Shown here: piece after piece, positions 36,795-45,632 of the stretch
Layout of the letters: the number at the start of each line of letters is the position of its first letter
How positions within the stretch are numbered: position 1 is the stretch's first letter
Source: an uncultured Nitrospirota bacterium
GTDB taxonomy: Bacteria; Nitrospirota; Thermodesulfovibrionia; Thermodesulfovibrionales; UBA6898
DNA: 64,000 nt
Direction: 5' to 3'
NCBI GenBank assembly: GCA_947085015.1
Contig: CAMTUV010000005.1
Span: 63-64,062 of the forward strand
Translations under genes and position numbers: made by a program
The notes under the pieces: model-generated
Told to the model about the DNA's origin: nothing
What the model saw: only the letters and a program-made list of their open reading frames with translations
Database searches by the model: none

Positions 36795-38135
36795 CTACGG
36801 CATTTTAATGTCGTAGGCCTTGATCTTTCGGTGAAGGTTGCTCCGCTCAATGTCGAGCGCTTCTGCGGTCCTTGAAACATTCCAGGAATTCTCTTCAAGT
36901 TTCCTGAGGATAAAATCCTTCTCAAAGGCATCACGCGCATCTTTCAGAACAGTCAACGTAAAGTAATCGGAACGGGGAGAATCAGCCGCAATAATGTCAA
37001 CCTTGCTGATGGTCTTTGACGGCGTCATGATCACGAGTCTCTCGAGCACATTCTTCAGCTCACGAATATTGCCGGGCCAGAAATATTTCTGGAGCGCCTT
37101 GAGAGCCTCAGGCGCGACCTCCTTTTTCTGCTGACCATACTCAGCAGCAAAGAGATCCAGAAAATGATCCACCAGGGCAGGGATATCCTCTGAACGCTCC
37201 CTGAGGGCAGGAACTCTGATCGGGATCACATTAAGCCGGAAGAAAAGGTCTTCCCTGAAGGCGCCTTTCTTCACCTCTTCTGCAAGATCCTTGTTCGTCG
37301 CTGAAATGATCCTCACGTCAACCTTCAGGTTCCTGCTGCCGCCGACACGCTGGAACTCCTGGGTCTCGATCACCCTGAGGACCTTTGCCTGCGTCTGGAG
37401 CGACATGTCACCAATCTCATCAAGGAAGAGCGTGCCCTTGTCAGCAAGCTCGAATTTCCCCTGTTTCCGCTCAAACGCGCCGGTAAAGGAGCCCTTTTCA
37501 TGGCCAAAAAGTTCGCTTTCGATCAGTTCCTGGGGAATGGCAGCGCAGTTGACCTCAACAAAGGGACCGCCATGCCGGGGGCTGTTCTGATGCAGAAGAT
37601 GAGCAACAAGCTCCTTGCCTGCACCGCTTTCTCCCAGTATGAGCACCCTGCCATTGCTTGCGCCAGCCATCTGTATCTGCGCTATCACCTGTTTTATTGT
37701 TGAAGAATCTCCGACAAGCCTCCATTTTCTCGAAACGTTTTCCTTCAGAGCCCTGTTTTCTATCTCAAGACTTCTCTTTTCAAGCGCGCGCTGTACCGTA
37801 AGAATTACCTTATCAAGAGAGAGAGGTTTTTCGAGGAGGTCATAGGCTCCCATCCGTGTTGCCTTGATCGCATTCTCTATATTTGCATGGCCGGAGATCA
37901 TGATAACAGGGAGGTCGGGATATAGTTTTTTAAGTTCCTGCAGCGTCTGGATACCGTCCATGCCGTCCATCCAGATGTCTAAGAGCACAAGGTCAGGGGC
38001 TGTCTCCTTTGCGACCCTGACAGCTTCCTCGCCTGATGACGCAGTAACCGCGTCATAGTCGTCCTCAATGATCAGCGAAAGGCTTTCCCTTATGCCTTCT
38101 TCATCATCAACGATCATTACAAGAGCTTTAGCCAT
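36795..38135 (-). CDS. sigma-54-dependent response regulator (NtrC/NtrX family)
   Basis: Receiver domain (DLVLLDIWMDGMDG), AAA+ core (GESGAGKE, GAFTGA-type ESELFGHEKGSFTGA) and a C-terminal Fis-type HTH. Confidence 0.9.
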   Translation of the reverse strand: MAKALVMIVDDEEGIRESLSLIIEDDYDAVTASSGEEAVRVAKETAPDLVLLDIWMDGMDGIQTLQELKKLYPDLPVIMISGHANIENAIKATRMGAYDLLEKPLSLDKVILTVQRALEKRSLEIENRALKENVSRKWRLVGDSSTIKQVIAQIQMAGASNGRVLILGESGAGKELVAHLLHQNSPRHGGPFVEVNCAAIPQELIESELFGHEKGSFTGAFERKQGKFELADKGTLFLDEIGDMSLQTQAKVLRVIETQEFQRVGGSRNLKVDVRIISATNKDLAEEVKKGAFREDLFFRLNVIPIRVPALRERSEDIPALVDHFLDLFAAEYGQQKKEVAPEALKALQKYFWPGNIRELKNVLERLVIMTPSKTISKVDIIAADSPRSDYFTLTVLKDARDAFEKDFILRKLEENSWNVSRTAEALDIERSNLHRKIKAYDIKMP

Positions 38136-40172
38136 TTAGCCTTCCTTTGTCGGCAGTTCTATGCTGAATATCGTTCCGTGAGGTTTGTTGTCCCTGACCC
38201 TGATGTAGCCTCTGTGTTCAGTCACAACCCGGCTGGCAATCGCAAGACCAAGTCCTGTGCCGTCCTTCCTGGTAGAAAAATAGGGCAGGAAGAGTTTCTC
38301 CTTGTCCTCTTCAGGAATACCCGGTCCGTTATCAGCGATATCAACATACACCCGGTTAGAGAGAGCATCCTGATGTATCATTATATCAATCCTTCCCTGA
38401 TTCTGCATTGCCTGAATGGCATTATCCACGATATTGATGATGACCCTCTTGAACTGCTCTGCGTCAAGCTCAATAAGTCCTTCGCTGCCTTTTGCAGAAA
38501 GATGCATCTCAATACCTTTGTAGTCCCTGTAAAGATTAATAACGCTCTCTATGATCGAAGAAAGCAGCGCAGGAGCTTTAAGGATCTCAGGCATTTTGCC
38601 AAAGCGCGAAAACTCATCAACAAGCCTCTTGAGGCTCTCCACCTCCCTGATGATCGTCTTTGTGGACCGTTCAAAGACCTTGCCGAAATCCTCGTCTTTG
38701 TTCTGCCACTTCTTCACCATATGGTCAGTCGACAGCTTTATTGGCGTAAGCGGATTCTTGATCTCATGAGCTATCCTTCTGGCAACCTCCTGCCAGGCTA
38801 TGGCCCTCTGCGCCCGGGTAATCTCTGTCAAGTCATCAAAGACAACCAGCGTCCCTGTAAAGTTTTCGGCATCCCTCAGGCTCGTGATAAAGAGTCTGAG
38901 CAGGACGCGCTTCTCTCCAGCCATGATCCTGATCTCTTTTTCCACGCCCTTAAAATCCTTGATAATGATGCCTTTGACCGTTTCCCTCAGTTCATCCGAG
39001 TCTACAAGGGCAAGAAGGGCATCATAGTGCCTGTTCATGACATCAGCAGGAGCTATATTAAGTATCCTGCAGGCTGCATTATTGACAATAAGGATATTAC
39101 CCTCAGCATCCAGGGATATGACGCCCGAGTTCACGTTTTCGAGGATCTTCTCTATAACAAGCCTGCGTCTGTCCGATACCTGGGAGGCATGCTGAAGTGA
39201 CTCCTTGTTCTCCTTCAAATCCCTGACCATGTTATTGAATGAGCTGACAAGAAGGCCTATCTCGTCATCCCTTATGATATTGACCGACATATCGAGATTC
39301 CCCTTTGCAACCTCTGCGGTTGCCTGAGCAAGGGCCTGGATAGGGTCTGTAATACCGCGTGAAATCCTGAGCGCTATCCAGAGCGCCATAAAGACCATGA
39401 GCAGGGTGGAAAAGCCAAGTATCAGGAGATAATTCGTCTTGATCGGCATCTTCCACGACTCAAGAGTAAGATAATCCTTGTATGCCGTCTGGATCATTCC
39501 GGCATTCCTGCTGATGTTCCTGTCCATAATGGATTCTACGACCACGATGCCTTCCTGAGGTTTTTGCCTGTTCCTGGGCACCACCGCACGGACAATGTCA
39601 CCCTCTTTCGCAGAAATGACCTCCACATCTTCCTTGCCCTCAAAACCAGCTTTTATAATCTCTGATGCATTATCAGGCATTGCATGCAGGCTGTAGGCTT
39701 TCAACCCCTCTGGCAAGGTATGGCCTGAAGCAGCTGCCCTTGCAAAAACAAGGGTCTGCTGCCTCTGCATATCGTACGCAGACTTGGCTACCTCGATAGC
39801 AAGGTTCAGAGGCTGCTTTATCTGGGGGTCAAACCATCGGTCCAGATAGTTCGTTACAATACCGCTTGAAACAACAAAGAGAAACGCAGACGGGATAAGG
39901 GTCATGACAACAAGTACCACAACAAACCTTGTCTTAAGCTTGTATCCAAGCACCTTGTGCTTGCGCTCAAAATAGAGCCTGATCAGGCTTTTTCCGACAA
40001 AAAACATCAGAGTCAGAAGTGCAACAAGATTTAGATTCAAAAGGACAAAAAGCAGAACTTTCGTAACAAAAGGAACATCTTTAAGCCCCATATAATGGAA
40101 TTCTATGGAGAAGACCACAATGATAAAAAGTATTATAAGGGAAATAAAGAGCGGGAACCTGAAGTTCTTCAT
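38136..40172 (-). CDS. sensor histidine kinase (NtrY-like: TM-HAMP-PAS-HisKA-HATPase)
   Basis: 678 aa with multiple N-terminal TM helices, a HAMP domain, H-box AHEIKNPLTPI, and N/G boxes (DNAIQAM, DNGPGI, GTGLGLAI). Confidence 0.85.
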   Translation of the reverse strand: MKNFRFPLFISLIILFIIVVFSIEFHYMGLKDVPFVTKVLLFVLLNLNLVALLTLMFFVGKSLIRLYFERKHKVLGYKLKTRFVVVLVVMTLIPSAFLFVVSSGIVTNYLDRWFDPQIKQPLNLAIEVAKSAYDMQRQQTLVFARAAASGHTLPEGLKAYSLHAMPDNASEIIKAGFEGKEDVEVISAKEGDIVRAVVPRNRQKPQEGIVVVESIMDRNISRNAGMIQTAYKDYLTLESWKMPIKTNYLLILGFSTLLMVFMALWIALRISRGITDPIQALAQATAEVAKGNLDMSVNIIRDDEIGLLVSSFNNMVRDLKENKESLQHASQVSDRRRLVIEKILENVNSGVISLDAEGNILIVNNAACRILNIAPADVMNRHYDALLALVDSDELRETVKGIIIKDFKGVEKEIRIMAGEKRVLLRLFITSLRDAENFTGTLVVFDDLTEITRAQRAIAWQEVARRIAHEIKNPLTPIKLSTDHMVKKWQNKDEDFGKVFERSTKTIIREVESLKRLVDEFSRFGKMPEILKAPALLSSIIESVINLYRDYKGIEMHLSAKGSEGLIELDAEQFKRVIINIVDNAIQAMQNQGRIDIMIHQDALSNRVYVDIADNGPGIPEEDKEKLFLPYFSTRKDGTGLGLAIASRVVTEHRGYIRVRDNKPHGTIFSIELPTKEG

Positions 40173-40726
40173 CGGCTGCCCTCGATCGTGAAGACCGTTG
40201 AGTCCTTCAATATTTTGAATTCGTTTTCGGAAATAAAGATGAACAGGTACCCGATGACAGGCGGGAGCTTGCGGATCTTCGACTCAACCGTGATCCGTAT
40301 AAAATACTGGCCAGGCTCAAGTTCCCGGATATTGGTGAGCTTCAGGTCTCTAAACACAACGACCCATTCCATCATGGACTCAAATGATTTAAACCGCTTT
40401 TCTGTAAGCAGACTGCCATCGCCTGAAGTCGCCACATATTCCTTCTTGATAGGCTCAACCTTCAGGGTCTTGACATAGGCCTTGCCAAGCACAAACTCAT
40501 CAGGCCAGATCTTCCATATTCTAAAGAGGTCGACATAAAACTTGAGTTCCTTGTCCACACCGCCCCTGATCGCCTCCAGGCTTTTGTCATGAAGGCTGAG
40601 ACTGAAGGAAACAAAAAGATCGTTATTGACCAGTTTTACCTCAGGCTCTGCGACAGTCTGACTTTCTGACGCACGCGGGCAACACACGGCAATAACAAGC
40701 AGAAGTATGCTGAAAATACGAGACAT
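40169..40726 (-). CDS. DUF4390-like exported protein
   Basis: I trimmed the start to MSRIFSILLLVIAVCC (signal peptide). The pattern F.L.L...SLEAIRGGV...L.F.V.LFRIW..WPDE and the position upstream of ntrY-like both fit DUF4390. Confidence 0.5.
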   Translation of the reverse strand: MSRIFSILLLVIAVCCPRASESQTVAEPEVKLVNNDLFVSFSLSLHDKSLEAIRGGVDKELKFYVDLFRIWKIWPDEFVLGKAYVKTLKVEPIKKEYVATSGDGSLLTEKRFKSFESMMEWVVVFRDLKLTNIRELEPGQYFIRITVESKIRKLPPVIGYLFIFISENEFKILKDSTVFTIEGSR

Positions 40727-40813
40727 TTTGGCTTGACATCTCCTGAAAAATATTTCCATTATAGCATAACCTTGTAAATCCAAAAGGGTTCCAGATCTGA
40801 AAAAGGGGGGTCC

Positions 40814-41296
40814 ATGGAGATAACATCTGTACAACTCGAGATACCGGAAGACTGCAATGTCATACTTGGCCACACGCATTTCATTAAGACTGCTGAAGAC
40901 CTGTATGAGATTCTTGCAACAACCGTTCCCCAGGCGCAGTTCGGCATTGCCTTCAATGAGGCCTCAGGCCCCTGCCTCATCAGGACCGAAGGCAATGACA
41001 GCAGCCTGATAGATGTCTGCGTAAAAAATCTGCAGGCTGTTGGTGCAGGCCACGTATTCTGCATACTCCTGAAGAACGCGTTCCCGATCAATATTCTGAA
41101 TCAGGTGAAAAACTGTCCGGAAGTCTGCAGAATATTCTGCGCAACAGCCAATCCTGTTGAGGTGATCATGGCAAAGTCTTCACAGGGAAAAGGCGTTCTT
41201 GGGGTCATTGACGGGTTTTCTCCACGCGGCATTGAAACCGCTGAAGACAAGGCACACAGAAATGAGTTCCTGAGAAAAATCGGCTATAAATTATAG
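40814..41296 (+). CDS. adenosine-specific kinase family protein (PF04008-like)
   Basis: 160 aa. GHTHFIKTAEDL..FGIAFNEASGPCLIR..GAGH.F..L.NAFPINILN.VKN.PEV..IFCATANP..GVLGVIDG..LRKIGYK matches the family pattern I recall. Confidence 0.65.
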   Translation: MEITSVQLEIPEDCNVILGHTHFIKTAEDLYEILATTVPQAQFGIAFNEASGPCLIRTEGNDSSLIDVCVKNLQAVGAGHVFCILLKNAFPINILNQVKNCPEVCRIFCATANPVEVIMAKSSQGKGVLGVIDGFSPRGIETAEDKAHRNEFLRKIGYKL

Positions 41297-41311
41297 GAGT
41301 GAAGAATAACC

Positions 41312-41686
41312 ATGAATGTCACTGAGCTAAAATACGACTCACACGGCCTGATTCCTGCCATTGTCCAAGACGCCACAGACAATGAAGTACTGATGATGGC
41401 ATACATGAACGCTGCATCTCTTGCAAAAACGCTTGAGACGGGTTATACCCATTTCTGGTCCCGGTCCCGCCAGAAATTCTGGAAAAAAGGCGAATCCTCA
41501 GGCCACGTGCAGGAAGTGAAGCAGATCCTCTATGACTGCGATAAAGATACGGTCCTGATAAAGGTCGTTCAGCATGGCCCCGGCGCTTGCCATACAGGAC
41601 ACCGGTCCTGCTTCTTCACAGACATCACCGGCAATGAGATCGCGGCAAAGGCCTTTTCTGAAGAAGACGTTTACGGCAAAGCATGA
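41312..41686 (+). CDS. hisI: phosphoribosyl-AMP cyclohydrolase
   Basis: 124 aa. LIPAIVQD....[14 protein letters not shown]...W.KGE.SG and C..D.....V...GP.CHTG. Confidence 0.85.
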   Translation: MNVTELKYDSHGLIPAIVQDATDNEVLMMAYMNAASLAKTLETGYTHFWSRSRQKFWKKGESSGHVQEVKQILYDCDKDTVLIKVVQHGPGACHTGHRSCFFTDITGNEIAAKAFSEEDVYGKA

Positions 41687-41796
41687 GAAGGCACTCAGCA
41701 CGTAGCTATCAGCTTTCAGGGAAAGACAAAGCCATTTGCAACACCACGCCGTATTTTTCGCTGAAATCTGATGACTGAAAGCTGGATGCCAAAAAC

Positions 41797-42093
41797 ATGA
41801 TCCTTGACGATCTGCAGACTGTTATTCTTGACCGGAAGAATCATCCGCAAGCTGCATCCTATGTATCAACCCTGCTTGCAAAAGGCAAGGATGAGATCCT
41901 GAAGAAGATTGGGGAAGAGGCCATCGAGGTGATCGTTGCCTCAAAGAGTGGAGACAGGCAGCAGGTCATCCATGAGTTGGCTGATCTGTGGTTCCATTGT
42001 ATGGTGCTGATGCCTGAAGACAGAGTGAGTCATAATGATGTATTCAGGGAACTCGAAAGAAGATTCAACAAAAAGGAGAACATCAATGAGTGA
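41797..42093 (+). CDS. hisE: phosphoribosyl-ATP pyrophosphatase
   Basis: 98 aa. ASYVSTLLAKGKDEILKKIGEEAIEVIVA....E.ADLWFH..VL. Confidence 0.8.
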   Translation: MILDDLQTVILDRKNHPQAASYVSTLLAKGKDEILKKIGEEAIEVIVASKSGDRQQVIHELADLWFHCMVLMPEDRVSHNDVFRELERRFNKKENINE

Positions 42094-42430
42094 CTGCATC
42101 TTCTGCAAGATCGCAGACAAAAAGATTCCGGCTAAAATCATCTACGAAGATGATCTCAGCCTTGCCTTTGAGGACATCACGCCCCAGGCGCCGGTACATA
42201 TCCTGATCATCCCGAAGAAACATATTTCAACTACCCTTGAGATCTCAGGGGAAGACAGCGCCCTAATAGGCCATCTTGTCCGGACAGCCGCGAAGATCGC
42301 AAAAGATAAAGGCATAGCAGAAAATGGCTTCAGGCTGGTCATGAATACGAACGCTGACGCAGGTCAGACCGTATTTCACATTCACCTTCATTTATTGGGC
42401 GGCAGAGCCATGCACTGGCCTCCAGGGTGA
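42086..42430 (+). CDS. histidine triad (HIT) family nucleotide hydrolase
   Basis: The ATG at 42086 follows AAGGAG. CIFCKI....IPAKIIYEDD and the triad HIHLHLLGG. Confidence 0.85.
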   Translation: MSDCIFCKIADKKIPAKIIYEDDLSLAFEDITPQAPVHILIIPKKHISTTLEISGEDSALIGHLVRTAAKIAKDKGIAENGFRLVMNTNADAGQTVFHIHLHLLGGRAMHWPPG

Positions 42431-42461
42431 GAGCGTCGATAACCCTAATGGTATTGCCAGA

Positions 42462-42878
42462 TTACGAGAGTGTTATACCTTCCTGGCGGAGCATTTTTCT
42501 TGCCATGAGCCTCACTCGATTGGCTGTTTCCACGGCCTGAACTGCCTCTTTTTTTAAAACCTTGTCTTTGCCCGGATATCGTGTGGTAACAGCATAAAAC
42601 GTTAATGATTTTGCCTCCTCCAGTTTCTCTGTCCATCCTGTAGAAGGCCCGCATAGTTCCAGCAAGAGCGAAATATTATGTGTGTAAGGAATATCCACCC
42701 TTTTGCACGCAAGATACGCTTTCAGATACTTCTCGGCACATTGCTGGGCATGATAGGCAATCAGTTTGTAGGGCGCCGAACTTTTCAGTTTGAAAGCATG
42801 CTTTGCGAGCCGCATGTCCTGCTCGGCGTGCTCAACCCATTGGCTGATGACCTTAGTTGCTTCTCTGGTTCTGCTCAT
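42462..42878 (-). CDS. HEPN domain protein (toxin partner of MNT)
   Basis: I trimmed the start to the ATG at 42878. WVEHAEQDMRLAKHAF.. and ..YHAQQCAEKYLKAYL are typical of HEPN. It overlaps the MNT gene end by 26 nt. Confidence 0.7.
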   Translation of the reverse strand: MSRTREATKVISQWVEHAEQDMRLAKHAFKLKSSAPYKLIAYHAQQCAEKYLKAYLACKRVDIPYTHNISLLLELCGPSTGWTEKLEEAKSLTFYAVTTRYPGKDKVLKKEAVQAVETANRVRLMARKMLRQEGITLS

Positions 42879-43230
42879 ACAGAGACTTGCCCTCTTTCCA
42901 CGCGTAACACGCAATTGTTCCGGGAATCTCCTTCTCGAGAACAAACTCTTTTGGGGAAATTACCACAATATCTCTTGGCAACCGAAGCCCCTCCAACACT
43001 TTGTCCATTTCGGACATGAGCCTGATTCGTTTCTTTGTGAGGGGGCAAATAACCAGCAGATCTATATCACTCTTGTCGTCAGCCGTTCCACGGGCGTAGG
43101 AGCCGAACAGGATAATCCGCTCCGGATGGAACTTATCCGCAATCCTCCTTACAGCCTCATTGATGATTTTATTGCTGATCAAATCCTTTGCCCTTTCGAT
43201 CTTCAGATTTCCTGCCCTTATTGTAAGCAC
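42853..43230 (-). CDS. minimal nucleotidyltransferase (MNT) domain protein
   Basis: The NTase signature is ILFGSYARGTADDKSDIDLLV. GTG start as given by the track; the start is uncertain. Confidence 0.75.
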   Translation of the reverse strand: MLTIRAGNLKIERAKDLISNKIINEAVRRIADKFHPERIILFGSYARGTADDKSDIDLLVICPLTKKRIRLMSEMDKVLEGLRLPRDIVVISPKEFVLEKEIPGTIACYAWKEGKSLYEQNQRSN

Positions 43231-43310
43231 AGAAGCATCGGCGTTGCAATAACCATTTCTGCGGAAGCTCGCGACGCTGTCTCGGATGATGGCAAAATGT
43301 ATATCAATAG

Positions 43311-43415
43311 GGATGCGTTCCTATTCTCAATATGAACGCCGACGCAGGCCAGACCGTATTTCATATTCACCTTCATTTGTTAGGCGGCAGACCCATGCAC
43401 TGGCCTCCGGGGTGA
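43311..43415 (+). pseudogene. 3' fragment of a second HIT gene
   Basis: It reads [34 protein letters not shown]-stop and is closed upstream by TAG at 43308-43310. It aligns with hit 42341-42430, with about 5 mismatches over the last ~66 nt. Confidence 0.65.
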
Positions 43416-43462
43416 GAAAGAGTATCTATTCATGCAATAGAGCCATCCGCTCCTTTCTGGCT

Positions 43463-43825
43463 TTAGCAGGCAGGGAACCTACCCTTATCATTGATCACTA
43501 CATTGCAGCTGCATCCCTTCAGACGCAGGATTTCAATCTGTCTTTCTACGGAGTCAACAAAAGAGGCCTGAACACTTCTCCCTTTGGCAAGAGTCTTATC
43601 CAAAGGACTCTTATGATTATACCCCCGTGCAAGCATCTCATGAACGATCTCCTCATGAACCCTGAACAATGCCTTCAGCTTACCTCTCCATCTTTTCGTT
43701 TCGGGATGACTGGCATAGCCTTTCTTTCCCTGCGTCAGAATATTCCAGATGGCATGAAGTTCATTGTGCTCACCAAGAAGATGGCTACGGCATAATCTAT
43801 CAGGAGGGATGTCCCATATCCTCAT
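43463..43825 (-). CDS. pyrimidine-dimer DNA glycosylase (DenV/endonuclease V-like)
   Basis: I trimmed the start to MRIWDIPPDRLCRSHLLGEHNELHAIW......GY..HPET.RW.G, the family-typical N-terminus. Confidence 0.75.
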   Translation of the reverse strand: MRIWDIPPDRLCRSHLLGEHNELHAIWNILTQGKKGYASHPETKRWRGKLKALFRVHEEIVHEMLARGYNHKSPLDKTLAKGRSVQASFVDSVERQIEILRLKGCSCNVVINDKGRFPAC

Positions 43826-44201
43826 GTTTCTTTCTCTTTCGTTCCTTCGGCTCAACCCCAAACCTCTGGTCATTCATCCTTATCGCTTTGACAAGATCTG
43901 AAGCCACAGACTCAAAGTCCTCTGATACTTCCGGCAAGTAAAGCCATTTTTTCAGCACAGGATGCTGTTTCACGGTTTCGAAGTCCTTGCGGATAGATTC
44001 ATGGAATTGATGGTCGGTCGGAATCAACAAACCATTCCAGGGCTCTGCCCCTGAAGCAAGTAACAGAACCAATCGCCCATGAAGATAACAGGCCTGGCAT
44101 CCGAACATGGATTTTTGCAGATAGCTTGGTTCATCCATAAGCGGTTCAATGACCCATAGGAAGGGGTTAGGCTTCTTTTTCTTCTTGGTTGAGGATGCCA
44201 T
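43800..44201 (-). CDS. hypothetical protein (weak TfoX-N-like MFGC..CY..G motif)
   Basis: 133 aa from the ATG at 44201 with a Lys-rich N-terminus. It overlaps the denV-like start by 26 nt. Confidence 0.35.
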   Translation of the reverse strand: MASSTKKKKKPNPFLWVIEPLMDEPSYLQKSMFGCQACYLHGRLVLLLASGAEPWNGLLIPTDHQFHESIRKDFETVKQHPVLKKWLYLPEVSEDFESVASDLVKAIRMNDQRFGVEPKERKRKKHEDMGHPS

Positions 44202-44335
44202 ACAGAATTTTACCGCATCAGTTACGGGTTCGGCAAAATTCCAGCAGAACGAAACGGACAAAATATATTCGTGGTTTGATCACCGTTTATTCGGAGGTCT
44301 CGGAAATATAGTTTATTGAACTTAGAGGGAAAAGA

Positions 44336-44420
44336 TGGTGCCGAAGGCGGGACTCGAACCCGCATGGATTTCTCCACACGCCCCTCAAACGTGCGTGTCT
44401 ACCAGTTCCACCACTTCGGC
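44336..44420 (-). tRNA. tRNA-Leu (anticodon GAG), type II, encoded CCA
   Basis: Hand-folded on the minus strand. Acceptor stem gccgaag/cttcggc, anticodon stem cacgt/gcgtg with loop ttGAGgg, long variable arm, and T-arm gcgggttcgagtcccgc. Confidence 0.85.
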
Positions 44421-44528
44421 AGTAAGCAAGAATATACACCATAAGGTGCTCTGTTTTCAAGAAAAGGATATTTGAGCCTGCTCACAACGACCATTATCTG
44501 ACAGTTTTCCCTGCCAGAGGGTAACCTG

Positions 44529-45629
44529 TCAGGAACTGACGATGCTTGCCTTTTTGAGCGAGCGGATGAAATTCTCAACAAGAAGGGGATTAAAGTCCGT
44601 TCCTGAGGAGTCGTTCATAAGACCTACAATAACCGGGACATCGAGAGCCTTCCTGTATGGACGGTCGGTCCTGAGGGCATCAAAGAAGTCTGACATGGCA
44701 ATGATCTGGCTAATGATATGCTGTGTTCTGCCTTTTCTCCTGGTTGCCGGATAACCCAGACCATTGAACTTCATGTGATGCTCATAGGTGGCGACAAGGG
44801 CATATTTGGGAATATCAGGGAGCGTGGCAAGATACATGGCTCCGTATACAGGATGTTTCTTCATCTCCACCCACTCCTCGTCATTCAGCTTCGACTCCTT
44901 TTCAAGAACTTCCTTGGAAACAAAGATCTTGCCGATATCATGCAGGAGGCCTGCCATGCCGATATCATGGAGAAGGTCGTGTTTCACACCAAGTGTTTCA
45001 GCCTGGAAGATAGACAACACAGCTACATTAGTATTGTGCGCATAGGTATATTCGCTGTGCGATTTGACCGGGCTTACGACCTTAAGGACATTTGCCTCCT
45101 GTTTGAGCGTTGTTATGAAGCTGATCACCACATCCTCAAGCCCTACCATATCGAGCCGCTTAAATCGGGAAACCCCATGATATACACTTTTCACCTTTTC
45201 GATATTCTCGTTCATCACTGCCCCGATATCAATGCCTCCGCCTCCTCCAAGCTTCACCTCGATAATGCCTGAAGTAATGTGAGGATAAGAGCCATTCACC
45301 TTCTCAGAAAGGGCGATCTCCGCTATAAAATCCTTCAGCTCTGTTGCGGTCACGCCCCGGGAGATAACAATCTTATCTATTCCTTTTCTCTTGAACTTTT
45401 TTATAAAACTGCCCACATGCCTATTTCTGGCCGGAAGGGGCTGTTCGTTGATGACCATGCTGTCGCCGAAAAGGGCAATACTGAACGTATCCTCAAGAAA
45501 GAGTGAATCAAGAACAGCTACGGCCTTTTCAGAAAGATGCATGACAGCCGGGTGCTCCCTGGTGTACAGAGCGCAGTTCGACATTGCAGTCATGATGTCC
45601 GATATGAACCCAACGATCTTTTCAGACAT
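44529..45629 (-). CDS. HD-GYP domain c-di-GMP phosphodiesterase
   Basis: 366 aa. HDIGMAGLLHDIGK, HH.KFNGLGYP and the ..DFFDALRTDRPYR signatures. Confidence 0.85.
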   Translation of the reverse strand: MSEKIVGFISDIMTAMSNCALYTREHPAVMHLSEKAVAVLDSLFLEDTFSIALFGDSMVINEQPLPARNRHVGSFIKKFKRKGIDKIVISRGVTATELKDFIAEIALSEKVNGSYPHITSGIIEVKLGGGGGIDIGAVMNENIEKVKSVYHGVSRFKRLDMVGLEDVVISFITTLKQEANVLKVVSPVKSHSEYTYAHNTNVAVLSIFQAETLGVKHDLLHDIGMAGLLHDIGKIFVSKEVLEKESKLNDEEWVEMKKHPVYGAMYLATLPDIPKYALVATYEHHMKFNGLGYPATRRKGRTQHIISQIIAMSDFFDALRTDRPYRKALDVPVIVGLMNDSSGTDFNPLLVENFIRSLKKASIVSS

Positions 45630-45632
45630 CTG

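Noticed and set aside
38178-39200. 340-aa ORF on the plus strand
   Set aside because: It is entirely antisense to the well-supported NtrY-like histidine kinase gene and has no recognisable motifs. The same reasoning applies to other long antisense ORFs: 8009-8674 and 8479-9189 (antisense to the dehydratase and polyferredoxin genes), 20033-20764 (GIY-YIG/prfA), 22051-22686 (DUF1385), 29934-30521 (hsdR), 35069-35602 (hsdM), 48199-48891 (purD) and 54677-55309 (ampG).
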